NCBI GenBank assembly: GCA_964270895.1
Contig: OZ185440.1
Source: Podarcis filfolensis
Taxonomy: Eukaryota
Direction: 5' to 3' (one strand)
DNA: 64,000 nt
Shown: positions 38,824 through 49,947 of the stretch, piece after piece
How the letters are laid out: every line of letters begins with the position of its first letter
Numbering within the stretch: the first letter of the stretch is position 1
Translations under genes and position numbers: made by a program
The notes under the pieces: model-generated
Seen by the model: the letters and a program-made list of their open reading frames with translations, nothing else
Databases searched by the model: none
Told to the model about the DNA's origin: nothing

Positions 38824-40157
38824 CCTACCTGCAACACAAAGACACAGTTCAGGAACCGGACCTTTCTTTCCTAATTGGATAGCCTAATTTCTACACCTTC
38901 AGCCTTACTGTGGCCCAGACATCACCCTTGTCTAGATCTACACTTCTCCTTCCTGCACTGCAAGCCTCTCTGGATAAGTGAGTCAGTTGAGCTAAATAAA
39001 AGCAGTTCAGATGACCCTTGCAAGAGATAGTTGACCTGAAAGTTTGCAGTTTAGGATCTGGTATGAGTCTGTAACAGGAACAGGGTTGGGCTATGAGACA
39101 TTCCCATGGCTCTGTCCCAATAATGTATCTTGGCCAATGAAAAATTAAAACAAGCCATTTCCTTAGCATCAGCTAAGACCACCAATATCCACAGCAAGCA
39201 ACTATCTTGTGGATGCTGGTGCTGAAATAAATAAAACAGGCATGAGTGTTGCAGCTCCTTGTATTTCATCGTCGTCTCTAGAGGGGTACCATGGAGAGAT
39301 CAGGCACCTACCCAGGACTGGGACTAAAGAGGTTCCTGGCCAGTTCCAACTCTGATGAGACCTAGCCTGATAATTTCTGAAGGTTTTGTGCTAGTTCATG
39401 TTTACGGTGACATGCACACAAATGGCTTGGGGTTTGTAAGGGCGGCCACCAGGCATGCAACCAGGAAAAGCTCACATGGAAGAGTCTATTATGACAGTAA
39501 GTGCTTCCAACATGGGTACTTTATTATGCCACTGCTATGATTTGTGAGATTATGAGCACACCTGTCCCACAACTGCAGACAGTTTTACCCCAGTGTAAAA
39601 TTTTAGATTGTAAGCTTATTGTTAGAGCTAACGCACTGAGTGAAGCACCAGATTTAATCAGAGGCACAGTCTGCCCTCACACTACTTTCTGCCCTGCAAC
39701 TACAGAGAGCGGTTCCCCAGAGTATTAAACAGCTGAGCCCTTTTAAAAGAGCTTGTGTAGAGGCTGGATGCAAAGGTAAACCCTTTTGGTTCTTGATTAT
39801 CCTTCCATCTGAAGTTGCCACCACCTTAAATAGCTAGCTTTGATATTAGACTACCTTCAACTGGCATTGATCTGACCTGACCAGACAGGATTCATCTCCT
39901 GCATGAGGGAACATCTGGGAAATCTGGTCGTTTGCAGAGATGTGCACTTTATCAGATTCCCACAAGGTGGCAACAGAGAACCAGAGTTTTGTTGCATTTT
40001 TTACACTGCCCATACCACACACACAGAGGGGAACCTTTTATCTCATCTCAGTGGATAAGAGGGAGAACCTAGCCCTGATTCCGCAGACTGGGAAACAGAG
40101 AGTTCCAAAATGATTTAAAGACGCAGCAGTGCGGGTAGCTGTGAGAAAGACAGGCTT

Positions 40158-40597
40158 CCTGGGATAGTTCAGTCAGTAGAGCAGGAGACTCTTAACCTCA
40201 GGGCCATGGGTTTAAACCTCACATTGGGGAAAGAATTCCTGCATCACTGGGGGTTGGACTAGAGCAGGGGTCGGCAAGGTTTACCTCGCCTGGGCCGGTT
40301 CACTCCAGCAGAGATCCCTCCGTGGGCCAGATTGCGCATGCATGGCCGCAATTTCCGGCGTCTGAGCATGCGCAGACGTGATTTCCAGCACTGTGAAAGC
40401 AAGTCCCTGTGCCGTGCTGTGCTGGTTTAGCACAGCGCATGGGGACTCGCCAAGTGGGCTGCTCAGTTAGGGGACGGCTCATGGGCTGGTTAAATGACCC
40501 CCGTGGGCTGCTTGCGGCCCATGGGCCTTAGGTTGCCTACCCCTGGACTAGAGGACCCTTTTGGCCCCTCCCAACACTACAATTCTATAGTCTATGA
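40158..40597 (+). mobile_element. tRNA-Lys(CTT)-derived SINE with CR1-type tail, split by a hAT MITE
   Basis: Head aligns with recalled tRNA-Lys-CTT; tail GGGTTGGACTAG...ACAATTCTAT resumes after the insert. Confidence 0.85.
40265..40545. mobile_element. hAT MITE nested in the SINE
   Basis: TIR CAGGGGTCGGCAA / TTGCCTACCCCTG (12/13), exact TSD GACTAGAG. Confidence 0.93.
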
Positions 40598-41965
40598 GCC
40601 TTCCACTGAAACAGATACATCTCTATCTTTAAGCCCTGCACAGAATATCCATGTCTGTCCTGGAAGGTGGGGAGGTCCTACCAGTGATTTTGTAGAGAAA
40701 AGAATAGCTTCTGAAGATCAACCTGTGAAATGTGGAAATTATATCCTCTGGGTCCAATGTCCAAGCACATCCTAATAGATACTACTTGATCTTCAGAATT
40801 CAGACTTCTGTTTATTTTCTGCCATCCAGGCAACCATACCTAGTATGCAGAGTCCCCAGCCATGCAGACATTGAGGCCCAGTGGAAATCTGCCTCCATAT
40901 CTTGCCAGACCCAGCACAGAGTAATAACCACACTGATTGCAGAGCTTCTGGGAGTCATCAGCTTCCAGCAACAACTCTGGAAGCTTCAAAGACATCTTTC
41001 CGCTTTCCCAAGACCTTTGGGTGGAAAAGCCATGCCTCCTCTGATGCAGAGGCCTGAATTTGACTCATGTTCATTAATGCAAGTCTTCCACAGACCTGGA
41101 TCAGAATTATGGGGGTGGGGAATCAAGTTCAATTCCCAGGGAAACCCAAGAGGACTGAGAAGAATGGAAGGGAGGGGAGGCTTATCCATTGACTGCTGGC
41201 TGCAAAATGAATTCAGAAGCTGCGTCAGAAGGATGACACAAATCCTTTGACATGTATTCCTGAAGACTTATGCCTGGTATGTGCCACCTAGTAGCACACA
41301 GGGGCAAGGGCATTATCAAAACAGCATCTTCCCCTGTCATGCAGCTGTTTCGATTAAGAAATGAAGGGCTGCTTGTGCTGCATTTCGCAAATCAGGGAGG
41401 AGTGTTTGGAACAGGTTCTGGGAGAGCCAAATAGGCAGCCAGAGCACATAGGACCACATAGTCTATTTGTGGGTAATTAGGGAAATATACAAAACAATGG
41501 CTAGTAAGAAAGGAATGGGTTAGTATGGGCGGGGAGAACAGAATATTATCTTTCTGGTGCCTCGAACTGTCATAACAATCTGAAGTGGTGACTCTAAGGC
41601 ATTCCGTTGCAGAGCTGCAGGAGTTTTTGAAGGAAGCTGGTTTGAAGATTTATGTTTACTTTCCAAAACAAAGAGATGTTGGCAGCAAAGTCTTCCTTGA
41701 AGCTGATGAGCAGCCAATATACACCCCTCTCCTTCTCCTTCTCCTCCACCCCCACCCCCACAACTCTGAACATCCTGCTCACTTTGTAAAGCATCCATGC
41801 ATATGCTATCCTGGACCCCTTGTGGCTGGAACAGCATGCCAAAGTGTCAGTTCTGGAGCCTCATCTCTGGACACTCAGCCACCGGAGCAGCCCAACATGT
41901 CCCTGGTGTCTACAACGAACACTGTCAGAAGACTAAGTGAGCAAGCAAGCTAATGCAGGACTCAC

Positions 41966-42012
41966 AACCTGACGCCACATTCCACAGTAACCCAAAACAG
42001 CAGGAATTATAT
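41966..42012 (-). other. ARTN: Candidate 47-nt ARTN 5' exon containing an upstream AUG
   Basis: Acceptor GTGACTTCTCTGTTGCTTCCTCGCAG and donor GTT|GTGAGT; no transcript evidence. Confidence 0.5.
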
Positions 42013-42445
42013 CTGCGAGGAAGCAACAGAGAAGTCACGCCAGGATCGGAACCACAGCAGAAAAGAAGAGTGGGCCGCCTGACACCGGTGGTGATGGGGA
42101 GTGGAAAACAGACCTGCTGTGCAATCCTCGGCACGTTTACTCAGATGTAAGTCCCGCTGCTCTCAGGTAAGTTTGCATAGCATTGTAGGCTCAGTGACTG
42201 AGGTGGAAGAGCTGAGTTTCTCAAGTTTTGATGATGTAGAAATTGTGCCGAATTCTTCTCTCTCTCTCTCTCTCCTTTGAATGCTGGTGGAAATATGTTC
42301 TGGAAGTGCCTGAGGAAGCCAGAGAGGTCCTTCCTGATAGGCCTGGGCTAACAGCCCCAGAGAGCTCGCTAGATGTTGTTAGGCTCTGTAGGGTCAGTGC
42401 ATCTGGCTGTTTTGGTGGGTCAAGTCCACCCAGGTAACATGAGCA

Positions 42446-42522
42446 GGATTCCTGCATTGCAGGGGGTTGGACTAGATTACCCTGGAGGTCCCTTGCAACC
42501 CTACGATTCTGTGATTCTATGA
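42446..42522 (+). mobile_element. Isolated CR1/SINE 3' tail
   Basis: ATTCCTGCATTGCAGGGGGTTGGACTAGA...ATTCTGTGATTCTATGA. Confidence 0.8.
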
Positions 42523-42779
42523 CTCCTCAGTCCCATCCAACATTACCAATGGTCAGGAATGATGGTAGTTGTCGTCCAGCAATATCTGGAGGGCCAAAGG
42601 TTAGCCACTCTTGGACTGGAGGAAACGCAGAGAAATTCTAGAAGAGAAGAGGACCGTGGACCGCCTGGGAAAAGGCAAAGAGACACCCTGCATCCGGCTC
42701 TCTTGTCTTTCTCTGCCTCTCTCACACACACATACAACACACCCAACCATCGATTCTCTCCAGAGGAGCTGCCTGGAAA

Positions 42780-44050
42780 ACTTAAGACTGGAGCCACGAG
42801 GCAGACCTGAGCTGTGGGATACGGGGAACCGAGAGAGCGAGCGAGCGTGCGGTCCGACTCCGAGCAAGCGGCCCTCTGGAGAACGGAGGCGCTCGAAGTC
42901 CGTCAAGAGTTACCCGGGTCGGCGGCGGAGAAGCAGCCCTGCCGCGACAAGCGCCCGCTCCGCTTCCGAACAGCCTGCCTACTTGCTCCGCTCCAGATTC
43001 TTGCTTCTTCGCCCCCCCCCCCAGCCGCGCATTTGCCCCGCTCTCTTCTCCCCGCCCCAGTCTAGGGGGCGCTGCGCTCGCGCTTTCCCGCCCGCCGCAC
43101 TCACCGCGCGCTCCGTCTCGGCAGATCGGGCGCCTCCTGCTGCGCGCGGCTCTCCGGGGACCATGCTCCGAGGATCCGGGCCGGGAAGCGCCTCCCTCTG
43201 CCCTCGGGTACCGGCCCTTCCAGGGCATCGAATCCGCTCCCTGCACGGGAGACACACGGTCACCGGCGGCCTGGTCAGAGCCACGGGGAATACCTACACC
43301 GGGGAGGGAGCAAAGAGGAGGGCCCCCGCGCCCCTTCCCTCTTCCCGACGGCCAGAGATTTCGCCTCTCCCCGCTCTGGGACAGAACTGCGCACACCCAC
43401 AGCCCTTTCCCCGCGAGGACCACGAGCTCGCCAGCCCCCCTCCTTACCTCCCGGCGGCGGCGGCGGCGGCGGCAGCGGCTCCTCGGCGGCTCCTGCGCTC
43501 ACCCGGCCCCGGGGGCCATAGCCCGGCCCCGCCGGGATCGCTCCCTCGGGCGCCCGACGTTCACGTCGCCTGCATGGCCGGCAGGTGCCCGGTGGGCTCA
43601 GCGCCCCCCTGCGGGGAAAGATCGGGTTAGAGCGGCTGGCGTCCGGGCCGGAGTCGGCAGGGCAGCCCCGATCCCGGGACCCCCCTCCACGCCGGGCCGG
43701 ACTCACCGCACACGGCGAGGCAGGGAGCCGGCGGGGCGCTCGGCCCTCGGGAAGCGGACCTACGGCCGGCCGGGCTCCGGGACAGGCGGCCTCTGGCAGG
43801 AAGAAAAGCACCGGCTCCATCTCCGCGGCTGGCAGAGTCTGGTGTCAAATTCCAGCCTCCGCTGTCACCTGATCCCCAGGGCGGGGCTCGCCCCAGAGAC
43901 AAGAGAAAGAGCCACGGGTGGGACCTCGCCGCACCCCACCCCGGCCGCCAAGCCGAGCAGCCGGCGCAGGCGCCGCCCCTGGGACCGGCGCGGAGGCCCC
44001 TGGGGCCCTCAGGCAGCTGGCGCCCTGGCGACGGTCATGAGGCACTTCTC
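42780..44050 (-). promoter_or_regulatory. ARTN: CpG island, probable ARTN promoter and non-coding first exon(s)
   Basis: Very high GC and CpG content; several consensus minus-strand donors (GT at 43104, 43447, 43502, 43706); (CGG)7 at 43452-43472. Confidence 0.8.
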
Positions 44051-46820
44051 TGCCTCCTAGTCCTCGCTGCCACCAGAGAGTGGGGGGATTGGAGGCTGCG
44101 GGCACTTTCGCTCTCTGGACAACATGGTGGAGAGGATTGGGCCCAAGGAGAGCCAGAGTAAGGTGCTGCTTCTGCCGGCTTGCGCTCTCTCAGGGAGGGA
44201 CAGCAGGGAGGGTGCAGGTGAGCAGAGGCAGCTGCTCATGCAAAACGTGGGCCACCCACATACTCACTCTCACCTGCATCCTCCCTCGTGGTGGCACAGT
44301 ATTGGGCATGACGTTTGCTTGCACTCTCAAGCTGGGCAGTCCTTACTGCTGCATCACCCGCAGGCAGAGCTGCCCAGGGCAGGAGAGAGCAGATGAGTGG
44401 CTGGAAGCTGTGGCAGTTGCTCCTTACATCCATTGCTAGGGGAGGTACAGAGCAGTCCTTGCCCACCCAAACTTCTCAAGGATGTTGTGCCACAGCAGGA
44501 ACTGGTCTGTAGTCCATGCCAGTGCGGTGCTGGTGATCAGCGGCTTGGCAGTGCTGATCCCTGGCCCCAGTAGCTGAATCGCGGCTGCCTTTCTCTGGAC
44601 ATCAAGCTCCCCCAGTCCCTACTTCCAGGTGCTCAGTAGCAGTTAACTGTCTTCTATCCCCCGCCCCATCATCCTTAGATAGTAATAATTTGTAGGACTT
44701 TGCTCACTTATAAAGTCATGCATTGGGGGTCCTTCATCATTTTGCTGCATGGGACCCCCGTCTTCTGCCCCTAGATCCTGGCCTGAGGGCCCAGGAGCAT
44801 GTGCTAGGGGCCCTCTCCTTAAGCTAGGCTGGTGCCTGTGGCCACACTGCTTTTGCTGGGGACCAGGGGCGTCTTACCCATAGAGGCTAGGGGCGCAGGG
44901 TGCCAGGGCGCCAAGTTCTGGAGGGTGCCAGGGAAGAGGCAGAGGCTGGACGCGGCACCTGCCAGCATCAGCTCGCCGCCCTTGCCCACCACGGCATGCC
45001 GCGGCCAGCTGAGCCGGGAGGCACCGCGGCCAGCCTCCACCTCTTCCCTGCCAGAGGAGCCACCCTCCAGCCGCTGCCCGCCTCCTCCAGCCCTGCCAGC
45101 AGCGCCGTCCTCCCTAAAAAGCTCTGGGAAATGGGGGCGGGGGGCACCAGAGGGAGCTTTACACCACGGCGCCAGATATGCTCAAGATGGCCCTGCTGGG
45201 GACTCAACACAAATGTAAGCAGATATGGCACACTGGTTTTCATATGCACCTTCGGAAGACTCAGTTACTCTGATTAACGCTTCCTCATTCAAAATATAAA
45301 AGGCTGCTTTAGTCCAAGAAGAGATCATTGGTCCATCTAGCTTGCTATTATCTAGAGCAGAATTCCACCACCATCCCATGAGTCCTGCCCAGCTTGGGCT
45401 GATGGTTTGGAAAGGCTGGTCTACGCATAGATTGGCAGCAGTTCTCCAGTATTGACCTTCCTCAGCAATATCTGGAGATGCTGGGGCTAGATGAGGGACC
45501 TTCGGCTCTGCCGCTGAACCACAGTCCTTCCTTGCCGGCTGGAGGAGAAGCCTGGATCTTTTCTGGAAATCACCACTGGCGTTGCTCACATGTCCCACGA
45601 ACCCCCTCCCCACGCCAAGTGGATCATGGATTAACTCCCACATAGCTGCCGAGGGTATACCTTGCTAATCTGTTTGTGGGCAGGCAGCCCAGTTCTTACC
45701 TCCAACTCTTATGTTCTTCTCCGGACCTCGGCGGAGGGACTGAGATGGCTCAGCAGAACCACCACCCCAGGTCCCCAAGCACCCTACCCCTTGGAGGCCT
45801 GGGAAGGGAATGTATTCCCTGCGCCTTCCTGGCTCCCCTGGCACCAGGCAGCTCTCAAGGGCACTAGCTTGCATCCAGTTCTCACATCCCGTCCCCTTCC
45901 CTGCCTGCTGCCGCTGCTGTACATCGTAAGCCCCTTTGCACCGTTTCTCTGCTGGCTGCACTTGCCCTCAGCTGCTCTCTCTTGCCTCTAATTAGCTATT
46001 CCAATGGAGTGAGCCAAATGGGGCGCTTGCTGTTGGCACAGGATCTAAACTGGGATCGCTTGATAAATTGCCAACCCAATCTCTCTGGGCTTATATAATA
46101 ATTCTTTGCTCCAGAGAGGAACTGCACGCTCATTAGTGGTTTCCACTGCTGGCCAGAGAATGGGCCTGGGGGATGCCTCTGCACCTGGCCCTTCCCCCAC
46201 CTCCTGCCCTGGGCCAGCTATATATAGGCCAAGCATTATTTACTCTTAGCTACATAGGGTCTTACCCCTGAGCACATTTGCTTAAATCCGTTAGGATTAT
46301 CCTGTATGACAGCTCCGTTTCGTTAAAGTGTAGCCACTCCTCCCTTACTTACACTTGCTGTGCAGTGATCTTAATAAGCATTATAGTGTCAAGTAAACCT
46401 ATTGCTAAAACTGCCCTGCTCAAGGCAGTCTCAGCGGGATAACGCTTTAGAGAACCAGCACCAGCTTTAGACCCAACCAGGGTGTTGTGCTAAATCTACT
46501 AGTGTGGACCCAAGATCCTTGACAAACTGGGTTTTTAGGGAGGAGGAGATTTGAATCCTGGCCCCAGCAAGGAGCAGTGCCAACCCCACCCCCTCACTTG
46601 ATGTGTTGCAACTGGGAAATATAAGAAGAATAACTGGTGCCAGAGATGTTTGTTTTGCTCTTTCTACCCCACCCCTTCCCCCCCACCCCTTTTTGGGTCC
46701 TGCCTTTTAGGTTGTAAGCCTGCGAGCGGGGACTGTCATGTTTTTAATCTGTGCAGAGTTTATTAAAAATGTAGGTACTTTGTAAATGAGAAAGCATAGC
46801 AATTGAAATCAAAAGGGAAG

Positions 46821-47181
46821 GGGGCATCCAATGAATGTTGGGAAATTCAGGACAGATGAAAGGAAGTACCTCTTCCCACACTGTCTAGTGAAACTATGGC
46901 ATTTTCTCCCACAAGGTGTTGGGGTGGTCACCAACTTAGATGGCTTTAAAAGAGGATTAGACAAATGCACAGGGGATAAGGCTGTCAATGGATACTAACC
47001 ACCCTATGTTCTACCTTCACTGTCGGAGGCAGTATGCAACTGAATACCAGTTGCTGGGGAAAGGTGTTTTTGGCACTCAAGTCCTACTTGCAGGCTTTTT
47101 ATACACATCTGGCTGGCCACTTTGAGAACTCAGTGTTGGACAAAATGGGCCTTTTGTCTGATCCAACAGTTCTCTTCATAT
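46821..47181 (+). mobile_element. CR1 LINE 3' fragment
   Basis: TTCAGGACAGATGAAAGGAAGTAC...TTTAAAAGAGGATTAGACAAAT typical CR1 3' sequence. Confidence 0.85.
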
Positions 47182-48815
47182 AAGCTTTCCATGGACATAC
47201 CTGGGGACCCTCGGTGGCATGAATACTGTCTCACAAGTACTTTTCTGGGAGCAGAGCAGCACTTATACCACACCTCAGATTACCTTTGTCTGGATTTAGG
47301 AATGTAGCGTAACAGAGTCTTTTATGTTCGCATTTATCAGCACTGCACTTTTAGGTTATTTTTGAACTATATGCTTCTTGTGGGGCTCTGCTGCCATTTT
47401 TGCTCCGTTTTAATATCAGCGTTGGTTTGTTGTTGCTATGTATTTTTAAATCAGTTTGCCATAAGCTGCCTTGTGGGGTCTGGAAATGGAGAGGCTGGGA
47501 AGAAACCCTCTTGATAAATAACACATATACAGATGGTAAAGACTGCCTGAGTCTGATTACAGTGAAACCCAAAAGTGGATGCAAGAGCTATTTAAAGAAG
47601 AAGGTATATTTCTCCCTGTTTTTGGAACAGAAAGCTGGTTGCCTGCAGAATTTATGGTCTGTGCTAAATCTTGGATGATCTTCTCTGTTGCAGGCTGTCA
47701 GGGACATGTCAGGGACCAAGGCAACAGCAGTGCATGTAGATATAGATATAGATATAGGCTTAAGGCATATCTAATATCTATATCTATATCTACCAGTATA
47801 TCTATCTATCTATAAACTGCTGCTGACACCCTGCTATGGGTGGATGTGAGCGGGTGAGATGGGGTTAGCTTTTATTGATACCTTGAAGCATACTAGTGTT
47901 CAAATTATTATTATTAGTATTATACTCCGCCCCCGCCCCCCAACAGCCCTAAGCCATTTGTATCAATTTCCTATGCCTTCAAGGATGGGATATGCCTGTC
48001 ATTTTTTGATAAAATGATTGTTTCCTGCCCTGACCCCATGAGATAAGATGGACTATAAATAAAATGAAGCAAATTGCTTGCAATCAGCTAGCCTGACCTT
48101 CTGAAGAAATAAAAGTCACATCTCAAAAAAGCCTCAAGTGTAACTGTGTTAACCATTTAAATCTATTTTAGCAATCGGAGCGGACACATTTAAAATCACC
48201 CACTGCCTTCCACTGCCAAAACTAAGCAGTACAACCAGTCCACAATGCTGGCGACAAAGGCCCTAATTGGGATAGTTTTTCCACATGAGGTGGACCTGTG
48301 GAACGGTTAATAGTTTTTGGTTAAAAGTTTTACTATAAAAGGTCAACAGATATATTGTACACTAAAGCTGGAGCTGATCTCATTATTGGGTGGACAAAAC
48401 AAAAACTTGCTATACAAAGAATTCTGTTGTTTGTGATAGTGGCAGCCATGCAAGTATAACCTAAGAATTAACACAGAGAAGTAACATGATTGGACCATGG
48501 GTAGAGCAAAGTGTGCAACATTCCCTTGGCCAAAAAAACCCCTAACCAACCAAGTAAAAGTTGCTAAAGGGGAAACACATGGGTCAAATTATGTACTTTA
48601 TCGTTTTCTTACTTCTGGAAATGAAATAGTTGGACATCGGCTTCAGATACCGGACAGATGTTCTAAGTTAATATAAAGAAAATGTTCTTGCACAATTTTT
48701 CATTCTCCGTATTTACATTGTATAGCTGAGTAAACTGTATAGAATGGGGGGGGCAGTCTGGATTATATCCATGGGTCCCTTCCAGGCCTGAGATCTTGTA
48801 TCTGTGGGGTTAGAA

Positions 48816-49068
48816 CAGGGGTCAGCAACCTTTTTCAGCCATGGGCCAGTCCACCGTCCCTCAGACCATGTGGTGGGCCGGACTATATTTTTTTGGGGGG
48901 GGGGATGAATGAATTCCTATGCTCCACAAATAATCCAGAGATGCATTTTAAATAAAAGGGCACATTCTACTCATGTAAAAACACGCTGATTCCTGGACCG
49001 TCTGCGGGCTGGATTAAGAAGGTGATTGGGCCGCATCCGGCCCCCGGGCCTTAGGTTGCCTACCCCTG
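48816..49068 (-). mobile_element. hAT MITE, same family as 23649-23899, opposite orientation
   Basis: TIRs and exact TSD GGTTAGAA. Confidence 0.93.
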
Positions 49069-49078
49069 GGTTAGAATA

Positions 49079-49544
49079 TGTAAGATGAAACCTGTTGAAC
49101 CAGTTAAACCAGTTCCTTTGTTAGCTCAGCTAAATGTTCATCACCAGCATCTTAAAGAGTGAGTCCTGTTGTCATAGAGACAAATGGCTGGGTCTTTTCC
49201 CACCTCACCTGACTGGATGCCGCATCATCCTAGGATTGAAAACATTAGGCCAAGAGGGGCTGTGAGAGAGATAGTTTTGGCTAACACTGGAAGCTGGAGA
49301 CACAGAGGCTTGGTCTGTGCTGGACTCAAAAGCTGTGGCTTGGGGATCCCCCTGGGAACCTAATGAGGAGGCAAGATCTGTTGGTGTGTTTATGTTGTGA
49401 GCCCTTCTCTGCCAATCCTATGTTCAGGTTGTATATATGTGTGTAAATAAAGACATAACTGTCTCCTTTGAGCTTCTTTCCTGAAACCGGAAACCTGGGT
49501 AAGCATTGGGTAAGTCTCTTGCCGTTTGGAGATTGGGGTGAACA
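49079..49544 (+). mobile_element. Probable solo LTR (466 bp)
   Basis: TGT...ACA termini and internal AATAAA near 49445; TSD ambiguous (AATA flanks if one A is shared). Confidence 0.5.
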
Positions 49545-49909
49545 ATACCAATTGCAAATGCAACACCTCCTCCTACTTAGTTTTTGAATACAGTAAGCAT
49601 ATTTTATTTTAAAAAGTGGGGTAGGAGAATGGAATCTACTTAAGGTACAGGGAAAGAGTAAAGAGTTAAACCATGACAGGTGCCACTTGGCCTACACAGC
49701 ATCAAAAGCATATTTGTTCCTTAAAATACTGTAGCACAGGAAAAATGTTGTTTGTGGGGATCAATTGTCCTCCTTGCCAGAATAGAAATTCTAATATTTT
49801 TCTAGAATAGTTTCAGAGGAGATTGGTTGAGGCACAACTATAGCAGCCTTTGCCAACTTGGTGGCTTCCAGAGGTGTTGGATGAAAACTTCCACCCGATT
49901 TGATGGAAG

Positions 49910-49912
<3 letters not shown>

Positions 49913-49946
<34 letters not shown>
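49913..49946. repeat. (TAT)n microsatellite
   Basis: About 11 units. Confidence 0.97.

Positions 49947-49947
<1 letters not shown>

Noticed and set aside
39307-39352. GAGTTGGAACTG resembling human MELGL, followed by a GTAGGT donor
   Set aside because: No ATG, and the phase-0 frame contains a TAG.
42120-42195. Plus-strand donors (GTAAGT twice) suggesting an antisense transcript
   Set aside because: They lie in what looks like a common squamate short repeat (GCAATCCT...TTTACTCAG..GTAAGTCCC), so are probably repeat-derived.
42221-42457. 78-aa minus-strand ORF as an ARTN 5' coding exon
   Set aside because: Starts inside a CR1/SINE tail, runs into an (AG)n repeat and has no suitable donor.
42611-43630. 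339-aa plus-strand ORF and many overlapping ORFs in 42.6-44.1 kb
   Set aside because: Low-complexity Arg/Pro/Ala/Gly products on both strands are expected from stop-codon scarcity in a CpG island; no domain recognised.
44832-45643. ORFs of 125-153 aa upstream of the ARTN CpG island
   Set aside because: GC-rich, no domain or splice architecture recognised.
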